In this document: piece after piece, positions 8,162 to 16,526 of the stretch
Position numbering within the stretch: position 1 is the first letter of the stretch
Layout of the letters: every line of letters starts with the position of its first letter
Origin: Candidatus Asgardarchaeum abyssi
Lineage (GTDB): Archaea > Asgardarchaeota > Asgardarchaeia > Asgardarchaeales > Asgardarchaeaceae
Length of the DNA stretch: 17,358 nt
Direction of reading: 5' to 3'
Assembly: GCA_040225955.1 (NCBI GenBank)
Contig: JBECUL010000045.1
Span: 1-17,358, forward strand
Notes under the pieces: generated by a model
Databases searched by the model: none
The model's input: the letters and a program-made list of their open reading frames with translations, nothing else
Told to the model about the DNA's origin: nothing
Position numbers and translations under genes: made by a program

Positions 8162-8179
8162 TTGTTTTGTGCAAAACAA
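8162..8179. promoter_or_regulatory. 8-bp perfect inverted repeat between the nrdG stop and the thrC-like promoter (operator or terminator)
   Basis: TTGTTTTG-TG-CAAAACAA. Confidence 0.4.
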
Positions 8180-8188
8180 AATAATTAA

Positions 8189-8893
8189 TCAAACAAAACC
8201 TCTAATAAAAACTGATTTTACATAAGGTTTTACAATTTCTTTAATCTTAAGAGCATCCCTATATGTAAATGGGTTTTGATTCCTAAGTTTCAAATCAAGA
8301 ACATTTTCATTCTCATATTTTTGCAAGTAATATACTTTCGCTCCTTTAATCATTTGGGCTATTTTCTTGAAGTCGTTAATTGAAAGAAGAGGATGTAGTG
8401 TAGTTCGAAATTCATATTCTACACCACTATTCATAACTATTGATATTGATTCACTAATGAGACTTATATCTAAATTTGATACTCCTGTGACAATTGGATA
8501 TTTCTCAAACGGCGCTTTGATGTCCATTGCTAGATAATCTACCAGCTTTTCATTAATTACTTTCTTTAAGAATTTAGGATTAGATCCGTTTGTTTCAAGT
8601 TGAACAAGATAGCCAAGATTTTTCACTTTTCTCATGAACTCTAATAATTGTTCGCCATGAATTGTTGGTTCTCCTCCAGTTATACTTAATGCATCCAGCA
8701 GCCCCTTTCTCTTCTTGAGATATTCCAAGATCTCTTTCTCATCATAAAGCTTCTTGGGGAAATGCTCTGGGATAACTAACTGATAGTTCTGGCAAAATGG
8801 GCACCTAAAGTTACAACCAAGGGTAAATACAACAGCGCTTACTTTGTCTGGATATTCTATTAAGCTGCTACGCTGAAAACCCCCAAATTTCAT
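8189..8893 (-). CDS. nrdG: Anaerobic ribonucleoside-triphosphate reductase activating protein (radical SAM)
   Basis: GCNFRCPFCQN (CxxxCxxC), ITGGEPT, LETNGS, AMDIKAP, YEFRTT. Directly downstream of nrdD. Confidence 0.95.
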   Translation of the reverse strand: MKFGGFQRSSLIEYPDKVSAVVFTLGCNFRCPFCQNYQLVIPEHFPKKLYDEKEILEYLKKRKGLLDALSITGGEPTIHGEQLLEFMRKVKNLGYLVQLETNGSNPKFLKKVINEKLVDYLAMDIKAPFEKYPIVTGVSNLDISLISESISIVMNSGVEYEFRTTLHPLLSINDFKKIAQMIKGAKVYYLQKYENENVLDLKLRNQNPFTYRDALKIKEIVKPYVKSVFIRGFV

Positions 8894-8942
8894 CTTATAC
8901 TTCTCCTATCTTATTTCAAACAAATGAAAAATAGTAAAATGT

Positions 8943-10847
8943 TTACACATATTTCTGAGATGTCTCTGATGGTCTGAGAAGTGTAAATAATTTGTCATAT
9001 GTAACTCTATCTTTGAATTCTTCTTGTTTACCGTCATTCCATTGTTGCACAGGTCTTAAATAGCCTACTACTCTACTATAGACTTCACATTCAACTTTTA
9101 TTCCTAATTCTTCTTCACATTTTGGACAGTAGTAATGCTTGCCCGATAGATATCCGTGTACTGAGCATACACTGAATGTTGGAGTTATTGTAAAGTATGG
9201 TAACCTATAATTATGAGTGATTTTCTTAACTAGATCACGAACAGCCTTCCACGACGGGGCTCTCTCACCTAGATATATGTGTAAAACAGTTCCACCAGTA
9301 TATTTTGTTTGTAATTCATCTTGTAAATCTAAAACTTCAAATATGTCATCCGTGTAGTTAACAGGAAGCCATGTCGAGTTTGTATAGTATGGAGCAGCTC
9401 CTTTTTCTCGTACAGCTTTTTCATTAGCTACAATTATATCTGGATATTTCTTTTTATCTATTTTCGCTAAGCGATAAGACGTACCCTCTGCAGGAGTAGC
9501 TTCTAAATTATAAAGATTATTTGTTTCTATTTGAAATTCTCTTATTCTTTCAAGCATATGATCCATAACTTTTAATGCAAATTTTAAACCTTCTTTGTCT
9601 CCAATAGTGACTCCCATAAAGTTTAATAAAGCCTCATTCATACCTATTAAACCTATTGTTGAGAAATGATTAGCCCAATATTTTCCATACATTTGTTTGA
9701 CTGATCTTAAATAGTACTTTGAATATGGATAGAGTCCCATTTCGGTATACTTTTCAATAACTTTTCTCTTTAATTCAAGACTATCTCTTGCCAATTCCAT
9801 TAAATGATCCAACCTCTCAAAGAAATCATCATCATCTTTCGCCAAATATCCTATTCTCGGCATATTAATCGTAACAACACCAACACTTCCCGTTAATGGA
9901 TTGGCTCCAAATAACCCCCCACCTCTACGGTAAAGTTCTCTGTTATCTAAACGTAAATGGCAACACATAGACCTAACATCTTCAGGATTCATATCAGAAT
10001 TTATAAAGTTAGCAAAATATGGAATTCCGTATTTTGCAGTCATTTCCCATATAGGTCTGAATTTCTCACTCTCCCAGTCAAAGTCCTTAGTTATATTTAT
10101 TGTCGGAATTGGAAATGTGAAAACTCTTCCCTTTGCATCTCCTTCCATCATTACTTCAGCAAATGCTCTATTTATGATCTCCATTTCTTCAATGAAATCA
10201 GAGTATGTTTCATTCATTTCCATTCCGCCGATAATTACTGGCTCATTTGCCATGAACCTTGGAGGTTGTAAATCTATTGTTATATTTGTAAATGGTGTTT
10301 GCCCACCAACTCTTGTTGGTACATTCATATTGTATAGAAATTCTTGCATAGCTTGTTTTACTTCGTTGTATGATAGATTGTCGTATCTTATGAATGGAGC
10401 TAAATATGTATCAAAGTTTGATATCGCTTGAGCTCCGGCAGCTTCACCTTGTAGTGTATAAAATAAATTAACAAGCTGACCTAATGCAACTCTGAAATGT
10501 TTTGGTGGTCTAGATTCAATTTTTCCCCTTGCCCCTCTAAATCCAACTTTAAGGAAATCACGTAAATCCCAGCCTACGCAATATGCAGAAAGCATGCCTA
10601 AATCATGAATATGAAAGTCACCGTCTATATGTGCATGTGCAACGTCTTCTGGATAGATTTCTGTTAGCCAGAATCTAGCAATTATTGAGGAAGAAATATG
10701 GAAATTTAATCCCTGAAGAGAGTAACCCATGTTAGAGTTTTCTCTAACACGCCAATCTAACCGATTAAGGTAAGAGTTAACAAGCTTTGTGACGTCAACA
10801 TTTTTAGTATTATTTATTTTTTCTTTTTTTTCAGTAAGAGTTTCCAT
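8943..10847 (-). CDS. nrdD: Class III (anaerobic) ribonucleotide reductase, without N-terminal ATP-cone
   Basis: DWRVRENSN, HIDGDFHIHDL, FTFPIPT, finger-loop SMCCHL, LEATPAEG, YTGGTVLH, Zn site CSVH...CPKC, glycyl-radical YSRVVGYL. SD AGGTGA at 10854-10859. Confidence 0.97.
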   Translation of the reverse strand: METLTEKKEKINNTKNVDVTKLVNSYLNRLDWRVRENSNMGYSLQGLNFHISSSIIARFWLTEIYPEDVAHAHIDGDFHIHDLGMLSAYCVGWDLRDFLKVGFRGARGKIESRPPKHFRVALGQLVNLFYTLQGEAAGAQAISNFDTYLAPFIRYDNLSYNEVKQAMQEFLYNMNVPTRVGGQTPFTNITIDLQPPRFMANEPVIIGGMEMNETYSDFIEEMEIINRAFAEVMMEGDAKGRVFTFPIPTINITKDFDWESEKFRPIWEMTAKYGIPYFANFINSDMNPEDVRSMCCHLRLDNRELYRRGGGLFGANPLTGSVGVVTINMPRIGYLAKDDDDFFERLDHLMELARDSLELKRKVIEKYTEMGLYPYSKYYLRSVKQMYGKYWANHFSTIGLIGMNEALLNFMGVTIGDKEGLKFALKVMDHMLERIREFQIETNNLYNLEATPAEGTSYRLAKIDKKKYPDIIVANEKAVREKGAAPYYTNSTWLPVNYTDDIFEVLDLQDELQTKYTGGTVLHIYLGERAPSWKAVRDLVKKITHNYRLPYFTITPTFSVCSVHGYLSGKHYYCPKCEEELGIKVECEVYSRVVGYLRPVQQWNDGKQEEFKDRVTYDKLFTLLRPSETSQKYV

Positions 10848-11015
10848 AAATGTTCACCTTAGTGAGAGGATATAGTATAGCAAAATACTTATCGCTCTCC
10901 TAATACAATTATCAGAAGTGGTAAGTAATCAACTTTTGCCATTGCTCTCACCATATGAGAATCAAAGATAATGTAACTATACAATATCCTTCAAAACGAG
11001 AGCGTTAGGTATCAT
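10848..11015 (-). promoter_or_regulatory. Putative structured 5' leader (cis-regulatory RNA) of nrdD
   Basis: Several long complementary segments: 11012-10998 with 10899-10885, 10990-10977 with 10880-10867, 10975-10967 with 10913-10904, plus hairpins at 10946-10960 and 10917-10943. They end just upstream of the SD. Confidence 0.5.
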
Positions 11016-11182
11016 CGCTTTATTAATAAGTTACAAAAGGCTTAAAATGAAGGTATATGTTTATTAAACCGACAAAAATCAGATCTATAATAATAACTTT
11101 AACTTTAATTTTATATCATACCCAAGCACTAAAATTTTATAATAGAATTTTATATTCTTCCCTCATCAGGAGGTTAATGATA

Positions 11183-11920
11183 ATGCCAATAAAATGCGTA
11201 CTGCTTGATCTTGATCAGACATTAGCCTCTCCCTCTCAAGGTTATAAGTTTCAGGATCTTATACTGGAAGGATATTCTAAAACACTATCTCGAAGGTTTA
11301 ATGTACCAGTAGAGAAAGTTGTTAATGTAGTAGTAAGCGTTGTTATGGAGGCAAAGGCAAGCCCTACAATAAATACAACTTTGGCGGAAAAAATGTTTTA
11401 TGGATTTGCGAAGGGCCTAGGTGTAACAATAATTGATATTTTAGATGCAACTGATGAATATTATTTTAATGAATTTCCTAAATTAAAAGAAGGATATAGG
11501 CGGACTCCTGGAGCTTATGAAACAGTAAATGCGCTTTTTGAAAAAGATTATCGGGTTGCTATAGCAACAGACCCGCTAATTCGGCTTTTTGGAGTAATTT
11601 TAAGATTAAAATGGATAGGTCTTGATGAGTTTCCATACTGTCACCTGTCCAGCGCTGATACAAGTCATGCAGCAAAACCTCATCCGTATTTCTTTAAAGA
11701 GATTGTTGAGAAATGTGGATGTAAGGTTGAAGAAAGTGTTATGGTTGGTGATTTAATAGATAATGATATAGTAGGAGCTAAAAAGGCAGGGTTAAAAACT
11801 ATATTATTTGTTCATGATGTCAATAAGGATATTATTCACAAGAGGTTATCATCCGAGGAAAAACCAGATTTTACAATTCACAAGCTTCCTGAATTACTTG
11901 AAATATTAGAAAAAATATAG
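11183..11920 (+). CDS. HAD-superfamily hydrolase (subfamily IA)
   Basis: Motif I LLDLDQTL, motif II IATD, motif III AKPHP, motif IV MVGDLIDNDIVGAKKAG. SD AGGAGGT 11168-11174 places the start at 11183 (or 11177), not 11057. Confidence 0.9.
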   Translation: MPIKCVLLDLDQTLASPSQGYKFQDLILEGYSKTLSRRFNVPVEKVVNVVVSVVMEAKASPTINTTLAEKMFYGFAKGLGVTIIDILDATDEYYFNEFPKLKEGYRRTPGAYETVNALFEKDYRVAIATDPLIRLFGVILRLKWIGLDEFPYCHLSSADTSHAAKPHPYFFKEIVEKCGCKVEESVMVGDLIDNDIVGAKKAGLKTILFVHDVNKDIIHKRLSSEEKPDFTIHKLPELLEILEKI

Positions 11921-11930
11921 ATCTTTTCCA

Positions 11931-12839
11931 CTAATCTTCTACAAGCATTTTTATCAAATCTTTAATGATTTTTCTCATCTCATCTGATTGATCTTTATAC
12001 AATGTATATGTATCAAAACGTACACTGCCGTGATATTGCTTAGATAAATTAGTTTTTAATTCCAGGACATCCGAAGAGGATATAATGTCCCATGATTTTA
12101 GCCCTGGATACGGCCTATCTCGTAAACCGATTAAAATTATCCATCTACAATCACCAAAAGTAACTGCTTCACTGACATATTTTGGGACCATTTCAAAAGT
12201 TTCACGATCCGAGTGGTCGAAAAACACAAATACAAAATCAGAACCACGATACATAACTTGCCTATTAGTAGCATGGCTTTCATAACCAGAGAGAAGCCAA
12301 AATCGAACAAGTATTTCTTTAATTTCTCCTTTTAATATCATTTTTAAGGGGAACTCGTATATCTTTACACCTAACATTACTTGAGTCATTGTAGTACTGG
12401 CACGTAATCCCACAATTTTTCTCAAAAAGATTTCTATGCCTTCAAAGTCAAGACCTATAGCGGTAGCTTTTATATCGGTTAGTTCACTAATTTTTCGTCT
12501 AGGCGTTTCAAATTCTTTAAATTCCTCCTCCAACTTTCTTACAGGTCTTACTCTAGTGGGTACCTCCTTTGGCTCTTCAATTGCTGGTATTGCTTCTTCA
12601 AATTCGGGGGTAGGTGGTATCTCAATTATTTTCTCGGAGGGATAAAGTAATTCTTTTAATTCTTTTTCTTTTATATCATATTTATGGCCTATTAACCAAG
12701 CTTTAACCATAGCCAATACCATTTTTTCATTAAGTCCGATGATATTGAAGGAATGAAGTAATTTACCCTCCTCATTAAAAATCTTTAATTTACTTTCATT
12801 CCTTTCTATTATTAAATCCTTATACTGCACTCGTGACAT
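11931..12839 (-). CDS. Rab/Ras-like small-GTPase-fold protein with degenerate G-motifs and an N-terminal extension
   Basis: The C-terminal ~180 aa follow the Rab layout (KATAIG...LGVKI...VRFWLLSGYE...MYRGSDFVFVFFD.SDRETFE...IILIG). Start 12839 preferred because SD GGGGATGA overlaps ATG 12848. Confidence 0.72.
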   Translation of the reverse strand: MSRVQYKDLIIERNESKLKIFNEEGKLLHSFNIIGLNEKMVLAMVKAWLIGHKYDIKEKELKELLYPSEKIIEIPPTPEFEEAIPAIEEPKEVPTRVRPVRKLEEEFKEFETPRRKISELTDIKATAIGLDFEGIEIFLRKIVGLRASTTMTQVMLGVKIYEFPLKMILKGEIKEILVRFWLLSGYESHATNRQVMYRGSDFVFVFFDHSDRETFEMVPKYVSEAVTFGDCRWIILIGLRDRPYPGLKSWDIISSSDVLELKTNLSKQYHGSVRFDTYTLYKDQSDEMRKIIKDLIKMLVED

Positions 12840-13203
12840 TATTATCATCCCCTGGATATATGCTTATTTTATTGATAAATCATCAACATATTTGTAATTC
12901 AAGTTTAAAAAACACTCTTATTGTCGTATCATCTTTGTATTTTTATAAGCATAATGAATAAATAAATATTTACTCATTACCAGAAACTGTATTCGCAATA
13001 ACCTATGGCTTCAATACTAAGAATTTTTCTTAAGAGAATTAATTATTATTTGTAAAAATAGAATCTATTCATGAATTTGCAGAGATGATAAATTATAAAC
13101 ATTGAGTAATATTCATTAAATCGCTACTATAGGATTCTCAAATTACTTTAATAAGTTCCTAAGAAGGTTTAATAAATTGAGATTTAATAAGAGGGTTGAT
13201 GAA

Positions 13204-14379
13204 ATGTATTTAACAAAAGAAGAAGAGAAAATGCTTGATGGTGAATATGGTGAAGGCTATGAAAAGGCTATGAGGATACTCGTAGTACTTGGAGACATCT
13301 ATGGCGCAGAGAGAATGATTCCTATATCTTCTTCACAAATTTCAGGTATATCATATAAAAGTATTGGGGATGCTGGTTTGGAATTCCTTGAGGATTTTGC
13401 TAACTCAGGGGTTAAAGTAAAAGTAACAGCCACTATGAATCCCGCTGGGATGGATCTTGAAGATTGGCAAAAAATGGGCGTGTCAAAGGAATTTGCTGAA
13501 AAGCAAATAAGAATTGTAAACGCACTAAAAAGAATTGGAGTTGTGCCGATTCCCTCGTGTACGCCATATTTTCATGGTTTTTATCCAAGATTTGGTGAAC
13601 ACGTTGCTTGGGCGGAATCGTCGGCTGTTATATTTGTTAATTCAGTAATAGGTGCTCGAACAAATAGAGAAGGAGGGCCTAGCGCATTAGCTGCAGCAAT
13701 AACAGGCAGAACACCATACTACGGTCTACATATACCTGAAAATAGATATCCGAATGTTGAGTTTAAAATAAATTTTGAGCCTCGAGGAAGGTATGAATTT
13801 TCACTTATTGGATACTATATTGGTATGAAAATGAGAAAAGGCATTCCCTTCATTACTGGACTTAAAAGTGCTACGATTGAAGAGCTGAGAAGTATGGGTG
13901 CTGGAATGGCATCCTCAGGAAGTATTGCGCTCTATCACGTTGAAAAAATAACCCCTGAAGCAAATAATGTTCCAAGACCAAAGGAAAGAATAGAGATTGA
14001 AAAAAATGACTTAGAGGAAGTAATTCAGAAGCTCAATACTTCAGGTACTGATATCATAGATTTGGTGGCTTTTGGCTGTCCTCATCTAAATTTAAAAGAG
14101 GTACTGGATCTCTATGCATATTTTAAAGAAAGTCCTCCAAAAACAAAAGTGTGGATCTGTACATCATCCGTCGTGAAAAGTTATCTTAAAAGTAAAGGAA
14201 TTACAGATGAGCTCGAGAAAATGAATGTACTCGTCCTAGCCGATACATGCATGGTTGTTGCGCCATTGGAACAGGTAGGTGTTCATACGATAGGACTTGA
14301 CTCAACCAAGGCTGCTCATTACACTAATAGTTTAACAAATATAAAAGTAAAATTGGCAGAGGGAGGAAAATTAATATGA
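13204..14379 (+). CDS. Aconitase X catalytic subunit (DUF521); likely phosphomevalonate dehydratase large subunit
   Basis: MYLTKEEEKMLDGEYG, QISGISYKSIG, SCTPY, AWAESSA..FVNSVIGARTNREGGPSALAAA, GCPH, DTCMVV (Fe-S cysteines). Start at ATG 13204. Confidence 0.9.
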   Translation: MYLTKEEEKMLDGEYGEGYEKAMRILVVLGDIYGAERMIPISSSQISGISYKSIGDAGLEFLEDFANSGVKVKVTATMNPAGMDLEDWQKMGVSKEFAEKQIRIVNALKRIGVVPIPSCTPYFHGFYPRFGEHVAWAESSAVIFVNSVIGARTNREGGPSALAAAITGRTPYYGLHIPENRYPNVEFKINFEPRGRYEFSLIGYYIGMKMRKGIPFITGLKSATIEELRSMGAGMASSGSIALYHVEKITPEANNVPRPKERIEIEKNDLEEVIQKLNTSGTDIIDLVAFGCPHLNLKEVLDLYAYFKESPPKTKVWICTSSVVKSYLKSKGITDELEKMNVLVLADTCMVVAPLEQVGVHTIGLDSTKAAHYTNSLTNIKVKLAEGGKLI

Positions 14380-14771
14380 AAAAATTAAAGGGAAAAGTAA
14401 TTTATCCTGGAAATGTGAAAGGAAAAGCTCTCGTAACCTATGAACCTATTGGTCTTTATGGGGGAATAGATGCCAAAACAGGAATAATAACACAACATGA
14501 ACACCCTCTTAGAGGTCAATCAGTTGCTGGAAAAATCCTAGTCTTTCCCCATGGTATAGGGTCTACTGTAGGGTCATATATTCTATTTCAACTTAGAAAA
14601 AACAAAGTTGCACCTATAGGAATCATTGTTGAAGAGGCAGAGCCTATAATTGCTGTTGGCGCAGTAATAAGTAAAATACCAACAATTCACGAAGTTAATA
14701 TTAAAGAGATAGAAAACGGCAAAATTGTTGAAATAAAGGAAAATGGAGAAATAATTGTTTATGGCGAATAA
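14376..14771 (+). CDS. Aconitase X swivel-domain subunit (DUF126); likely phosphomevalonate dehydratase small subunit
   Basis: GGIDAKTGII..HEHPLRGQSVAGKILVFPHGIGSTVGSY motif. ATGA overlap with the large-subunit gene. Confidence 0.9.
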   Translation: MKKLKGKVIYPGNVKGKALVTYEPIGLYGGIDAKTGIITQHEHPLRGQSVAGKILVFPHGIGSTVGSYILFQLRKNKVAPIGIIVEEAEPIIAVGAVISKIPTIHEVNIKEIENGKIVEIKENGEIIVYGE

Positions 14772-14775
14772 AATT

Positions 14776-15849
14776 CTATAAGATCATTTCATCTATTTTT
14801 TTTGGGAAAGATGAAAGGATCTCCACACCATCTTTTCGGACAACCACATCATCTTCTATTCTAACACCACCGAAACCTTGAATATATATTCCTGGTTCTA
14901 CTGTGAATACTTGATTTTCTTTTAAAATCCAATCAGCTTTTTGATTTAATGAATATCCTTCATGAACATCTAATCCAATCATATGCCCCAATCCATGAAT
15001 GAACTCGCCATAATGCTTTACTATTAATTCTCTTGCTTGGGCATCAACATATTTTGCCTCAACACCATCTCGTATGACGTTAAGAGCTTTTTGTTGAGCA
15101 TCATATGCTATTTCATACATTTTCTTTAGTTTATCATCTGGTTTTCCTATGAGAAACGTACGAGTAACGTCTGAAACGTATCCCTTATATTTAACACCAA
15201 AATCGATTAAAAGTATTCTAGTGGGTTTTTTATTATTATTTCCAGTTTTATAGTGAGGATCAGCTGAGTTTTCGTCAGCAGCAACTATAGTCTCAAATGC
15301 AAACCCCTCAGCACCATTCTTTCTACATCTATATTCCAATTCAGCTGCTATTTCCAGCTCAGTCATTTTCCTTATATCAATAGTTTCAATAGTCTCTTTT
15401 AAGGCCAATTCACTAATCTCTATTGCTTTCTTAATTCTTGCAATTTCTTTATCATCTTTTATTGATCGGATATCCATTAACTCCTTAGAGACATCTACAA
15501 ATTCTGCTACGCCCTTAAGCTGATTGTAAGTTTTTACTGGTAAAATTGATAGGTTTAATCCAACTTTCTTAAATTTACTAAGCTCCTTCTTAAGCACATC
15601 AATGATTTTATTTTCAATAGTTTTTACTTCAAACTTTACTTGCTTTCTGGCTGTTTTTTCTTCAAGCTTAGAGGTGTATAAAACAATGTCGTCGCGAGTT
15701 AATATTATAAATGAGCCTTCAAAAATCCCAGACTGTAAATCAGTTAAGTAAAAAAACATTTTATCAATAAACGGATAGTTCAAAATTACAATAGCATCTA
15801 TCTTTTTACTCTCAAGAACTTCTCTGACTCTCTCAATATGGCCTCTCAT
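14776..15849 (-). CDS. pepQ: Xaa-Pro aminopeptidase/prolidase (M24B)
   Basis: IDFGVKYKGYVSDVTRT, HGLGHMIGLDVHE, FTVEPGIY, GGVRIEDDV metal-ligand motifs; creatinase-like N-domain. Confidence 0.92.
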   Translation of the reverse strand: MRGHIERVREVLESKKIDAIVILNYPFIDKMFFYLTDLQSGIFEGSFIILTRDDIVLYTSKLEEKTARKQVKFEVKTIENKIIDVLKKELSKFKKVGLNLSILPVKTYNQLKGVAEFVDVSKELMDIRSIKDDKEIARIKKAIEISELALKETIETIDIRKMTELEIAAELEYRCRKNGAEGFAFETIVAADENSADPHYKTGNNNKKPTRILLIDFGVKYKGYVSDVTRTFLIGKPDDKLKKMYEIAYDAQQKALNVIRDGVEAKYVDAQARELIVKHYGEFIHGLGHMIGLDVHEGYSLNQKADWILKENQVFTVEPGIYIQGFGGVRIEDDVVVRKDGVEILSSFPKKIDEMIL

Positions 15850-16036
15850 AGCTATCAGCTCATTAAATTGTAATTGTAAATAATAATAGATATATGTAGT
15901 ATAGTCAAGAAATGAACTCTTTAATATTTATATTTTCAGTTTTTATGCTATGAACATGAAATCTCGCTTGCATAAAAATTTAAATAATATCCCAATTTAT
16001 TTAGTAAATGTATATTACCATCATCTGGGATAGAAG

Positions 16037-16525
16037 ATGAGTTCTGATAGAATTAGAAAACGAATAAGGCAAATGTTTGACGAAATGTTCGAAGAAATAG
16101 AGAGAGAATTTAAAGAAATGTCCGAAGAGATTGATGAATTATCAAAAAGAGTATTCACTGAATACTTTATGGATGAAAAACCTATGTGGGATTATCATGA
16201 ATCATGTTTAGAGGCTACTTGTGAAGTTAATGATACAGATGATCGGGTAGTTATAATTATTGATTTACCGTATGTTGAGAAAAAAGAAGATATTGAAATA
16301 AGTATCAAAGGAGATAAGCTAGAAGTTAACGCAAGATTTAAAGAACCAGTCAAGTTTAGAGGATGGGCTGGACGTCTTGGTGATGTTAGTTTCACGCATA
16401 TAAAAAAGACAATTCCATTGCCTGAAAATATAAACCCCGAAGAAGCTAAAGCTAAATTTAGAAATGGTATGTTAATGATAGAAATTCCTAAAAAGCACAA
16501 AAAAGTTAGAATAAAAATTGAATAA
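16037..16525 (+). CDS. Small heat shock protein (Hsp20/alpha-crystallin)
   Basis: IIIDLPYVEKKEDIEI...IPLPENINPEEAKAKFRNGMLMIEIPK and C-terminal IxI motif (IKIE). Confidence 0.93.
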   Translation: MSSDRIRKRIRQMFDEMFEEIEREFKEMSEEIDELSKRVFTEYFMDEKPMWDYHESCLEATCEVNDTDDRVVIIIDLPYVEKKEDIEISIKGDKLEVNARFKEPVKFRGWAGRLGDVSFTHIKKTIPLPENINPEEAKAKFRNGMLMIEIPKKHKKVRIKIE

Positions 16526-16526
16526 C

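Noticed and set aside
9957-10431. Two 104-aa plus-strand ORFs
   Set aside because: Antisense shadows inside nrdD. No intein or intron is evident, as the NrdD frame is continuous and of normal core length.
11150-11175. CTGATGAG on the minus strand resembling a hammerhead ribozyme core
   Set aside because: No stem II/GAAA/stem III arrangement follows, and it overlaps the HAD gene's SD.
11057-11182. 42-aa N-terminal extension of the HAD ORF resembling a signal peptide
   Set aside because: A strong SD at 11168-11174 and the position of motif I indicate the start is at 11183/11177. The extension is AT-rich promoter DNA.
12085-12645. Plus-strand ORFs 12085-12285 and 12436-12645
   Set aside because: Antisense to the GTPase-fold gene with Ser/Ile-rich shadow composition.
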